Assembly: GCA_045863395.1 (NCBI GenBank)
Contig: BTVJ01000004.1
Coordinates: forward strand, 1-64,000
DNA: 64,000 nt
Source: Myxococcales bacterium
Lineage (GTDB): Bacteria > Myxococcota_A > UBA9042 > JABWCM01 > BTVJ01
Reading direction: 5' to 3'
Shown here: positions 1 through 13,397 of the stretch, piece after piece
Numbering within the stretch: the first letter of the stretch is position 1
Layout of the letters: each line of letters opens with the position of its first letter
Position numbers and translations under genes: made by a program
Notes under the pieces: model-generated
What the model was told of the DNA's origin: nothing
Seen by the model: only the letters and a program-made list of their open reading frames with translations
Databases searched by the model: none

Positions 1-3264
<3,264 letters not shown>

Positions 3265-3335
3265 GGGGGCGCAGTGTACCCCAAGGGGCCGGCGGGCGCA
3301 CAGGGGCAATCTGAGGGCGTCGGTGCGCGCCGGTG

Positions 3336-4987
<1,652 letters not shown>

Positions 4988-4991
<4 letters not shown>

Positions 4992-5509
4992 GGCGCCTCC
5001 TCGATCTCGACCAGCACGACGTCGGCCTCCACGCTGGTCCCCTCCGCCACGTGGACCCGCGAGACGACGCCCGCGACGGGCGCCTTGACCTGGTTCTCCA
5101 TCTTCATGGCCTCCAGGATCAGGAGCCCCGCGCCCTCGGCGACCGTGTCCCCCGGAGCCACCAACAGGCGGACGATCTTGCCCGGCATGGACGACGTGAC
5201 GCGGCCGCTGCCCCCCGCCTGGGCCCGCCCGACGCCCAGCATGGCGTCGCGCTCGCTGCGCACCCGGACCTCGGAGGGGCGCGCATCCAGCGTGACGCCG
5301 AGCACCCCGGACCGCTTGCGCTCGACGTCCAGGCGCCGCACCCGACCGTCGGCGAGGCGCAGGAGCCAGCCCCCCTCGGGGAGCGGCGCCGCCAGCGCGT
5401 CCAGCGCGCCCACCCGCACGCGCCGCTCGCCGGGCAGGCCCGCGACGGAGTCCACCGACACCGCGACCTCGTCACCGCCTCCGAGATCGACGAGCCACCG
5501 CCGCTCCAT
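4988..5509 (-). CDS. Biotin carboxyl carrier protein
   Basis: SSMPGKIV...[13 protein letters not shown] biotinylation motif; 4-bp overlap with the mutase gene. Confidence 0.92.
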
Positions 5510-5510
5510 G

Positions 5511-7001
5511 TCACCGCCCCCCGAGGCGCGCGCGGCGCCCGGCCATCACCCACGGGCTCTCCTGGACGACCGCCACCGGCGCACGCTCCGAACGGGCGTC
5601 CGCCTCCAGTGCCGCCGCCGCCGCGATCAACGCCCGCTGATCGTCATCCGGCGCCGCGACGGCCCCAGCGGGCAGCCCCCCCGCGAGCAGGCTCGTGTCG
5701 TAGCGCCCGGACGCGAACGCCTCCGTCCGGAGCACGGCCTCCAGGAGCGGGATGTTGGTGCGGATCCCCTCCACGTGGTACTCCGCCAGGGCCCGCAAGG
5801 ACCGCGCGATGGCGGTGGGGCGGTCCGGGCCCCACACCGCCAGCTTGGCGACCAGCGGGTCGTACTCCATGGGGACCGCGGCGCCGGCGTAGATGCCGTC
5901 GTCGATGCGCACCCCCGGCCCCTTCGGCGTGCGGTAGCTCGTGATGGTCCCGGGGCTCGGCAGGTAGTCGTGCGCCGGGTCCTCGGCGTAGATGCGGCAC
6001 TCGACGGCGTGCCCCCGGATGCTCAGGTCCTCCTGGCGCAACGCCAGCGGCTCCCCCGCGGCGATGCGGAGCTGCCATGCGACCAGATCGAGGCCCGAGA
6101 TCCACTCGGTGACCGGGTGCTCCACCTGGAGGCGGGTGTTCATCTCCAAGAAATAGAAGCGCTCCTCCTCGTCGACCAGGAACTCGAAGGTGCCCGCGTT
6201 GCGGTAGCCGATGGCGAGGGCCGCCCGCACAGCGATGCTGCCCATGGCCTCGCGGGTCGCCGGGCTCAGGCGCGAGGCGGGCGCCTCTTCAACAATCTTC
6301 TGGTGCCGGCGCTGGACCGAGCACTCCCGCTCGAAGGCGTAGATGCCGTGGCCGTGGTGGTCCGTGAGGACCTGGATCTCCACGTGGCGCGGCCGGATGA
6401 TCGCCTTCTCCAGGTAGATGGTGTCGTCGGCGAAGGCGCTCCGAGCCACGCGCCGGGCCGCCTGGAGCGCGGGGACCAGCTCCGCCTCGTCGTGGACGAG
6501 CTGCATGCCCTTGCCGCCGCCGCCGGCCGACGCCTTGAGCATCACGGGCAGCCCCACGCGGCGCGCCTCCGACACCACGTTGTCGTCCGTGAGCACGTCG
6601 GTGCCCGGCACCACCGGCACCCCCGCGTCGCTCATGCGGAGCCGCGCCTCGGTCTTGCCGCCCATGGCGCGGATCGCCTCGGGCGGCGGGCCCACGAACA
6701 CCACGCCCGCGTCGGCGCAGGCCCGGCTGAAGGCCGCGTTCTCGCTCAGGAACCCGTAGCCCGGGTGGATCGCCTCGGCGCCCGTCCGCCGCGCCGCCTC
6801 AAGGATCACGTCCCCGCGCAGGTAGCTCTGCGCCGACGGGGTCGGGCCGATGTGCACGACCTCGTCGGCCAGCAGCACGTGCAGGGCGAGGCGGTCAGCG
6901 TCGGAGCACACCGCGACGGTGCGGACGCCGAGATCGCGGCACGTCCGGATGACCCGGCAGGCGATCTCTCCGCGATTGGCGACGAGGACCTTGCGAAACA
7001 T
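5511..7001 (-). CDS. Biotin carboxylase subunit of an acyl-CoA (probably propionyl-CoA) carboxylase
   Basis: KVLVANRGEIA, HPGYGFLSEN, KASAGGGGKGM, ERECSVQRRHQK, EMNTRLQVEHPVTE. Confidence 0.95.
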   Translation of the reverse strand: MFRKVLVANRGEIACRVIRTCRDLGVRTVAVCSDADRLALHVLLADEVVHIGPTPSAQSYLRGDVILEAARRTGAEAIHPGYGFLSENAAFSRACADAGVVFVGPPPEAIRAMGGKTEARLRMSDAGVPVVPGTDVLTDDNVVSEARRVGLPVMLKASAGGGGKGMQLVHDEAELVPALQAARRVARSAFADDTIYLEKAIIRPRHVEIQVLTDHHGHGIYAFERECSVQRRHQKIVEEAPASRLSPATREAMGSIAVRAALAIGYRNAGTFEFLVDEEERFYFLEMNTRLQVEHPVTEWISGLDLVAWQLRIAAGEPLALRQEDLSIRGHAVECRIYAEDPAHDYLPSPGTITSYRTPKGPGVRIDDGIYAGAAVPMEYDPLVAKLAVWGPDRPTAIARSLRALAEYHVEGIRTNIPLLEAVLRTEAFASGRYDTSLLAGGLPAGAVAAPDDDQRALIAAAAALEADARSERAPVAVVQESPWVMAGRRARLGGR

Positions 7002-7110
7002 GGCGCGGATTCCTTCCAGATGCGAGCGCGCCTGTCAAGGGCCGGGGCGGCGCCACGTCCGGTTGCGCGCCTGCCCCGATTCTGGCAGTTGAGGTGTACG
7101 TGGAGGACAC

Positions 7111-8061
7111 ATGACAAGGCGCGTGATCATCGTTTGGGCGGCGCTGGCCGTCGCGGGGTGCCGCTCGGGGGCCCCATCGAGGGCGGACGCAGGCACCGGG
7201 GCGCCGCAGGTGGGCGAGGAGGCTCGGGGTACCACCGAGGCGGCAAGCGCTGAGGCCGACGAACCAGAGCGCGGGGGGCCGTCGGGCTCCGCGCCCACCG
7301 TGGTGGAGGCACCCGGAGCGCCCGAGGCGCCAGAGCCCATCGACCCGGCCCTGCTGATCACGACCGAGGAGCTGGCCCGGGAGCTCGGAGGCATCGCCGT
7401 GGTCGACGTGCGCGGCGAGGCGGCCTGGGAGGCCGGCCGCATCCCCGGGGCCCTGCCAGTGCCGCTGTACGCACTGGCGACGAGCGCCCCCGTTCGCGCG
7501 GGCCGGGTCGTCGTCGTGGACCCCGGGTACGGGAGCCAGGCGCTGGACGCGGTGGCGGCGCTGCGGGCCGACGGCCGAGACACCCGCCTGCTGTCGGGCG
7601 GTATGGCGGGGTGGTGCAAGGGCGCGCGCCCGGTGGAGGGCTCCTGTGCCGGCGTCGACCACATGGACGCCTCCTCCGTCATCGCGGACCTCGCCTGCCC
7701 GGGCCGCGTGACCCTGCTGGCCGTCCGCGTGCCCGGGGACCAGGCGCGAGCCCAAGACCTCCTGCCCGGCGCCCGCGTCGTTGGCTGGACCGACCCAGCC
7801 GACGTGGCCTCCGCCGCCCGCGCCGTGGCCGCCAGCACGCTGGTCATCGTCGCCGAGACCGCAGACGTCGACCTCCTGCGAGCGGCCCTCCCTCCCCTGT
7901 CCCCCTTGGTCTTCTTCGCGGACGGCGGCATCGAGGCGGTGGAGCGGGCCCGCCAGGTCCAGCGAGCCTCCGCCACCCACCCCGCCATCGTGACCCGCGG
8001 CACGTCGGGCGCGGCGCCGGACCAAGGGATCCGGAGCCCCAAGGGGTGCGGCTGCCGCTGA
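7111..8061 (+). CDS. Lipoprotein with rhodanese-like domain(s)
   Basis: GGAGG RBS; lipobox LAVAGC; VVDVRGEAAWEAGRIPGA and LLSGGMAGW rhodanese-type motifs; no Cys in the active-site loop. Confidence 0.75.
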   Translation: MTRRVIIVWAALAVAGCRSGAPSRADAGTGAPQVGEEARGTTEAASAEADEPERGGPSGSAPTVVEAPGAPEAPEPIDPALLITTEELARELGGIAVVDVRGEAAWEAGRIPGALPVPLYALATSAPVRAGRVVVVDPGYGSQALDAVAALRADGRDTRLLSGGMAGWCKGARPVEGSCAGVDHMDASSVIADLACPGRVTLLAVRVPGDQARAQDLLPGARVVGWTDPADVASAARAVAASTLVIVAETADVDLLRAALPPLSPLVFFADGGIEAVERARQVQRASATHPAIVTRGTSGAAPDQGIRSPKGCGCR

Positions 8062-8178
8062 CCCGACTGGCCATCGACGAACCCCTCGATCAGGAGTATC
8101 ATCGGCGACCCCGAGCGGTGTGGCGCGGGTCGAGGTGCGCCACAGGCTCGAGGGACCAAGCCAGGGAGAGGCGGGCGC

Positions 8179-11100
8179 GTGACGAGCCAGTCCCGAGATC
8201 TGCGAGCGGGCGATGGTCTGGACGCCACGATGACCCCGTCTACGTGGAGCCCCGCGCAGGGTCCCCTGGTGTCGGCCACGCCCCCGCTGGAGCCGGGCAC
8301 GGTCATCGGCCACTTCGAGGTACGGCGGCTCCTGGGTCAGGGCGGCATGGGCCGCGTCTATCTGGCACGAGACAGGCGCCTCGGCCGCCTGGTGGCTCTG
8401 AAGCTCCTGCGGCCGGACCTGGTCGGCCCCGAGCGGGTCCGCCGGTTTTTGGACGAGGCGCGGCTCACCGCGCGGTTCAGCCACCAACACATCGTGGGCA
8501 TCCATGAGCTCGGTGAGCACGGGGGCCAGCCCTTCCTCGCGCTGGAGTACCTGGACGGTCAGTCCCTCCGGGAGCGAGCCGGGGGACTCCGGGTCCCTCC
8601 GGCCGAGGCGGCGCGCTGGATGCTCGCGGTCAGCCGCGCGCTGGAGGCCGCCCACGCCCATCAGACGATCCACTGCGACCTCAAGCCCGAGAACGTGGTC
8701 CTGCCCTCCGACGGCCGCGTGCGCGTCGTGGACTTCGGCCTGGCGCGAGCCGCGTCGCTGGCGAGCCACGGGGCCCACGCGGGCACCCCGCCGTACATGT
8801 CCCCCGAGCAGTTCGACGGGGATCTGGTCGACTCGCACACGGACATCTGGTCCCTCGGCGTGGTGCTGCTGGAGCTCCTCACGGGCCACAACCCCTTCAG
8901 GGAGGGCGCGAGCCGCGAGGTGATCGAGGCCGTGCTGTCCGCGCCGCCTGAGTCCGACGCCTTCGGCCTGGACGGAGCGCCCCTCCCCCTCGCGAGGCTG
9001 GTCCGCGACTGCCTGCGCAAGGAGCCGACGGAGCGCCCCTCCGCGACCCAGGTGGCCGAGCTCCTCGACCGCTTCCTCGACGACCGCCTCGACGTGGACG
9101 GGCGCGGGCAGGTCCAGGTCGAGTGCCCGTTCCCGGGCCTCGTGCCCTTCGAGGAGCGCCACGCGGCCTCCTTCCATGGGCGCACGGAAGAGATCGACGC
9201 CTTCCTGGAGCGGCTCCGGGTTCAGCCCATCCTGCCCGTCATTGGCCCATCCGGCGCGGGAAAGAGCTCGTTCGTGCGCGCAGGCGTCATCCCACGCCTC
9301 CGGGCGCAGGAGCCCTGGCGGATCGTGGGCCTGCGTCCCGGCGCGGCCCCCCTCCACGCCCTCGCCATCCGGCTGCTCGGGCTCGATCACGACGCCACGC
9401 TGGAGAGCGGCATCGAGGTGGACTCGGCGCGCCTCGGCCCGTTGAAACAGGAGCTGGCGGCGAACCCCCGAGGGCTCGTCATGGCCCTCCTCGACGCATC
9501 TCGCAGGACGCGATCCAAGGTGCTCCTCTTCGTGGATCAGCTCGAGGAGGTGTTCACCCACGTGGAGTCCGTCGAGGAGCAGCGCGCGTTCCTCCAGGCG
9601 CTCGTGACGGCGGCCGACGAGACCACCGAGAACGTCCGGGTCATCTTCACGGCGCGAGACGACTTCCTGGGCCGCCTGGCCGAGGTGCCGGAGGTCCAGC
9701 GGGCCCTCGAGCGGGTGACGGTGCTTCGGAGGCTGCGACCGGCGGAGCTGCGCGCCGTCCTGACGCGCCCTCTCGAGCGGGTCGGATACGGGTGGGACGA
9801 CCCCTCGGTGGTCGACGACATCCTCGACGAGCTGGCAGGCGAGGCCGCCGGGCTGCCTCTCCTGCAGTTCGCCTGCCGGTCTCTCTGGGAGCGCCGCGAC
9901 GAGCCTCGGCGCCTCCTGCTGCGCTCCGCGTATCGGGCCATGGGTGGCGTCGGCGGTGCCCTGGCGGAGCACGGAGAGGCGATCCTGGGGGGGCTGACGC
10001 CGGCGCAGCTCAGCGCGGCGCGCGCTCTGCTGCTGCGACTCGTGGGGGCGGACGGCACGCGGCGGGTCGTCCCGCGGAGCCAGGCGATGCAGGGCCTGGG
10101 CGGCGACGGCGAGGCGGTCCTGGACCGCCTGAGCGGCGCCCGCCTCATCACGTCCCGGCGGGCGGTGTCCGCACCCGGAGAGCCTGTCCTGGAGCTGGCA
10201 CACGAGTCCCTGATCCGCTCGTGGGCGGCCCTCGCCCGGTGGATCGCAGACAGCCGAGAGGAGCGCGCGCTGCTCACCGAGCTCGAGCAGGCCGCCGGGC
10301 TCTGGGAGGGCCGTGGGCGCCGCGCCGAGGAGACCTGGCCTGGAGACGCCGTGGCGGTCGCCAGGCGCGACCTCCTGCGCCTCTCCGTCACTCCTCCGCC
10401 TGCCGTGGAGGCCTTCCTCGCCGCTGGTGAGGAGCGGGCCCAGCGACGCCGGAGACTCCGCCGAGGCGCCGTGATCGCGGGCTTCGTGATCCTCACGAGC
10501 CTCGCCGTCGGGTCGGGCCTCGCTGCGGTCGCCTTCGCAGAAAAGGAGCGCCTCGCCCGCGAGCACGCCCAGCAGATCGACCTGGCGACGGCGGACATCG
10601 GCGCCTTCGGGCTGACCCTCGTCCCGTTCGACCTGGACCATCGGGGCCAGCGAGCGGTCCCGGTGCTCCCAGAGGATCTGCCCGACCTGCGGGTGACCAT
10701 CCACATGCCGGACATCGACGACCCGACCACGCCGGGCGGGCCCCTGAGGCACAGGGGCCACACGCAGGTGCGCCTCGCAGCGCCTGGGTGGCACGAGGCC
10801 ATCGAGGCGCGGTCCGGCTCTGCCTGGCTCCGCTTCGACGGCCGCGGCCGACGGGGGGAGGAGTGCGGCCCGTCGTGGCTGTTCGTGCGGCGCCTGCCCG
10901 GCTACGCGGAGCGCTCGAACGCGACGACGCTCCGCATCCCGGTACCGACCTGCGCGGCGACCAGGGCCGGAGTCATCGAGATCCCCGAGGGCCCCTACCT
11001 GCGGGGCGGCCCAGGAGAGCCGCCGCTGCGGAAATCCGCGCTCGTGGACCCCGAAGTGGAGGTCCGGGTCGGGAGCTATGGCCTCGACCGGACCGAGGTG

Positions 11101-11655
11101 CCCAACTGGCTGTACGAGCAGTGGGCGGCTCTGGCACCGGTGACGGGCTACGAGCCGCCAGAGCACCCTCACTCGGGGCAGCTCGAGTTCGCCGGCGCCC
11201 CGGAGCACCCGGCGACCCAGATCGACGCGTTCTCCGCGGAGCAGCTCTGCATGTTCCTCGGCCGGCGCCTCCCCACGAGCGTCGAGTGGGAGAAGGCGGC
11301 CCGGGGCGGCCTGACCTTGCCGAGCGGCCCCAACCCGGCGCCGCGGCGCAACGCCCCGTGGGCCGACGGCCCGGTGGCCGCCAACCTGGACGGTGACGCC
11401 GACGGCTGGGCCGCAACAGCGCCGGTGGGCTCCATGCCGGAGGGCGCGGGCCCGTACGGCCACCTGCACCTCTCGGGCAACGTCTCGGAGTGGACCGCGA
11501 CACCGGAGAGCGGCAGCCGCTTCGGGCTGCGAGTCATCCGCGGCGGGGATTGGGCGACTCCCCTCGCAGAGGAGGTCCACACCCTCGCCTACGAGAACAC
11601 GCGCCCTCCACGCCTCTCCGCCACCTTCTCGCTCGGGGTCCGCTGCGCCTTGTGA
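8179..11655 (+). CDS. Ser/Thr protein kinase - nSTAND1-type NTPase - TM - FGE/SUMF1-like domain protein
   Basis: LGQGGMGRV, VALK, HCDLKPEN, DFG, GTPPYMSPEQ; Walker A GPSGAGKSS and Walker B LLFVDQLEE; TM GAVIAGFVILTSLAVGSGLAAVAF; RLPTSVEWEKAARG/GNVSEW/RVIRGGDW. The start may be the ATG at 8230. Confidence 0.88.
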   Translation: MTSQSRDLRAGDGLDATMTPSTWSPAQGPLVSATPPLEPGTVIGHFEVRRLLGQGGMGRVYLARDRRLGRLVALKLLRPDLVGPERVRRFLDEARLTARFSHQHIVGIHELGEHGGQPFLALEYLDGQSLRERAGGLRVPPAEAARWMLAVSRALEAAHAHQTIHCDLKPENVVLPSDGRVRVVDFGLARAASLASHGAHAGTPPYMSPEQFDGDLVDSHTDIWSLGVVLLELLTGHNPFREGASREVIEAVLSAPPESDAFGLDGAPLPLARLVRDCLRKEPTERPSATQVAELLDRFLDDRLDVDGRGQVQVECPFPGLVPFEERHAASFHGRTEEIDAFLERLRVQPILPVIGPSGAGKSSFVRAGVIPRLRAQEPWRIVGLRPGAAPLHALAIRLLGLDHDATLESGIEVDSARLGPLKQELAANPRGLVMALLDASRRTRSKVLLFVDQLEEVFTHVESVEEQRAFLQALVTAADETTENVRVIFTARDDFLGRLAEVPEVQRALERVTVLRRLRPAELRAVLTRPLERVGYGWDDPSVVDDILDELAGEAAGLPLLQFACRSLWERRDEPRRLLLRSAYRAMGGVGGALAEHGEAILGGLTPAQLSAARALLLRLVGADGTRRVVPRSQAMQGLGGDGEAVLDRLSGARLITSRRAVSAPGEPVLELAHESLIRSWAALARWIADSREERALLTELEQAAGLWEGRGRRAEETWPGDAVAVARRDLLRLSVTPPPAVEAFLAAGEERAQRRRRLRRGAVIAGFVILTSLAVGSGLAAVAFAEKERLAREHAQQIDLATADIGAFGLTLVPFDLDHRGQRAVPVLPEDLPDLRVTIHMPDIDDPTTPGGPLRHRGHTQVRLAAPGWHEAIEARSGSAWLRFDGRGRRGEECGPSWLFVRRLPGYAERSNATTLRIPVPTCAATRAGVIEIPEGPYLRGGPGEPPLRKSALVDPEVEVRVGSYGLDRTEVPNWLYEQWAALAPVTGYEPPEHPHSGQLEFAGAPEHPATQIDAFSAEQLCMFLGRRLPTSVEWEKAARGGLTLPSGPNPAPRRNAPWADGPVAANLDGDADGWAATAPVGSMPEGAGPYGHLHLSGNVSEWTATPESGSRFGLRVIRGGDWATPLAEEVHTLAYENTRPPRLSATFSLGVRCAL

Positions 11656-11741
11656 TCCGTCCGACGATTTGGGGATTGACAGGGAGTGCCCGCCGCGCCC
11701 ACTCTCGATCTGCCCCGTCCCAAACTCACTGGAGGTCTGCG

Positions 11742-12440
11742 ATGCCCACGGTCTATCGAGGCAAGTCCGCGAAGGTGAACGCCATCGACGGAGACAATGT
11801 CACCATCGAGCTGGCGTACAACCACCAGGAGTACGTGATCGACTGGGGAGACAGGGACACGGTGTGGACCGCGTCTCCGACCACCGTCGTCAAGACGGTG
11901 GGCTCGAACGGCACCCTGTACCTGTCGGAGACCTGGCTCACGCACAAGGGCATCCCCTACTCGGGCGACCCGAAGTACCCCGCAAACCTGGGTGCCGTGG
12001 GCGTGGGCTCGTGGCCCCCGGTGCACCGGGTCTCCGTGCCCGTGGTCATCGACGCGGTCACCCCGCGCATCTCGGTCCTGGGCGACGACGGCGCGCTGCG
12101 ACCTTCGGCGCCCGTGCCGGACGCCTCTATTCGAGGTGCGCTGCGGGGAAGGGGCGTCTGGTCCGAGGTGGAGCTCAGCGGGCGCTGGCTCCACGCCCAG
12201 GGCCTGCGCTCCGCGCCGGACGACGGCTTCCACCCGGCCACGGTGATGCGATCCGGCGAGGACGTGGCCATCCGCCTGGGCGTAGGCCGTGGGGAGCTCC
12301 GGCAGGTCAACCTCGACGACACGGCCTGCTTCGCGCCCCCGCGCCAAGCACACCCCATGAGCCCGACGGACGTCGACCTGGAGCCTGGCGCCGAGGGCAC
12401 CCTGGGCGTGTCTCCAGACTGGCTCTACCGCAACGCCTGA
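11742..12440 (+). CDS. Hypothetical protein with three internal ~70-aa repeats
   Basis: GGAGG RBS at ~11731 before ATG 11742; three segments end in GxxxxxxLSxxWL-like motifs. Confidence 0.75.
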   Translation: MPTVYRGKSAKVNAIDGDNVTIELAYNHQEYVIDWGDRDTVWTASPTTVVKTVGSNGTLYLSETWLTHKGIPYSGDPKYPANLGAVGVGSWPPVHRVSVPVVIDAVTPRISVLGDDGALRPSAPVPDASIRGALRGRGVWSEVELSGRWLHAQGLRSAPDDGFHPATVMRSGEDVAIRLGVGRGELRQVNLDDTACFAPPRQAHPMSPTDVDLEPGAEGTLGVSPDWLYRNA

Positions 12441-13252
12441 TCCCAGGCAATGGGCGGTGAATCCAGCCGCTTTCGCACGATGAGCCGCCTCCGTGCGTCC
12501 TCGATCACCACCGCTCGACCGTTCAGCGTCACGGACGCTCGCCAGGCGCATTGCAGGTTCGTGCCTGCCAGAAGCCGAGGGCCGGGCCGATCCAGCAGCC
12601 CGGCGCCGTCCCACACCGCGTCGTCCTCGAGGCAGCTCTCCAGGGCCGGCGCGAGGAGGGCCGGCGCCACCCCACCCAGGGTCATGCCGGAGAGCGGCGC
12701 CCCAGGGAGGACGGGCTGCTCCTCGAGCCAGCCTCCCACTGGGAGGGCCGACCCCGGCTCGACGACCAGGGTGTGAGCGCCGCGCACGTCGTCTCGCAGC
12801 CCGTCGGGACCGAAGTCCTCCACCGCGATGGACCGGGTGGTGCCCGCGACCGGACACCCCAGATACCGCGAGACCGCGAGGAGGACCAGCGGACCGTCCT
12901 GCGTCCGGTCGTGGCGGCTGCGGCCCGCCAGCTCGCACCCGATGAAGGTGATGGGCGCGCCATCGACGAGCGCGTGATCGCCCCGGAGCTGGATCAGGAA
13001 CCCGAAGGAGCGGTGGCAGACCCCGAGCAGCTCCTCGGGGTCGGACGTGCTGAGCGCCAAGGCACCGGCGGAGGCGTGGCCGACCACGTCGAGGGCGGGG
13101 ATTGACCCCGTCCGCGCGCAGTGGTCCCGGACGGCGTCCAGGAGCCCCAGGACCCCCTCGAAGCGCACGGCCGGGCCTGTGATGGTGGCGGCGATGGCGT
13201 CGAGGACGGGGTCGCGGCCGGGAGCCCCGACGATGGCTGTCAGCGCTCCCAT
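12425..13252 (-). CDS. DUF4347-like / caspase-hemoglobinase-fold putative Cys protease
   Basis: GGAGG RBS before ATG 13252; LDVVGHASAG and ITFIGCELA His/Cys motifs followed by LLAVSRYLGCPVAGT. Confidence 0.6.
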   Translation of the reverse strand: MGALTAIVGAPGRDPVLDAIAATITGPAVRFEGVLGLLDAVRDHCARTGSIPALDVVGHASAGALALSTSDPEELLGVCHRSFGFLIQLRGDHALVDGAPITFIGCELAGRSRHDRTQDGPLVLLAVSRYLGCPVAGTTRSIAVEDFGPDGLRDDVRGAHTLVVEPGSALPVGGWLEEQPVLPGAPLSGMTLGGVAPALLAPALESCLEDDAVWDGAGLLDRPGPRLLAGTNLQCAWRASVTLNGRAVVIEDARRRLIVRKRLDSPPIAWDQALR

Positions 13253-13397
13253 GGGACCTCCGGCGGGGGGATGCTCGCACCTCGCCCCGCGAGGGTAGGG
13301 TCGGGTCCGCCGGGGCGTCAATGGCGCCGGCTTCATGTTCCTTGATCCGCGGGCGCCGGGCGCGCTATGGTCCGCCCCTCTGACCGGCGAGGGAGCC

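Noticed and set aside
10960..11655. Diversity-generating retroelement target (FGE/C-lectin fold at the C-terminus)
   Set aside because: No reverse transcriptase and no template-repeat copy seen in the window.
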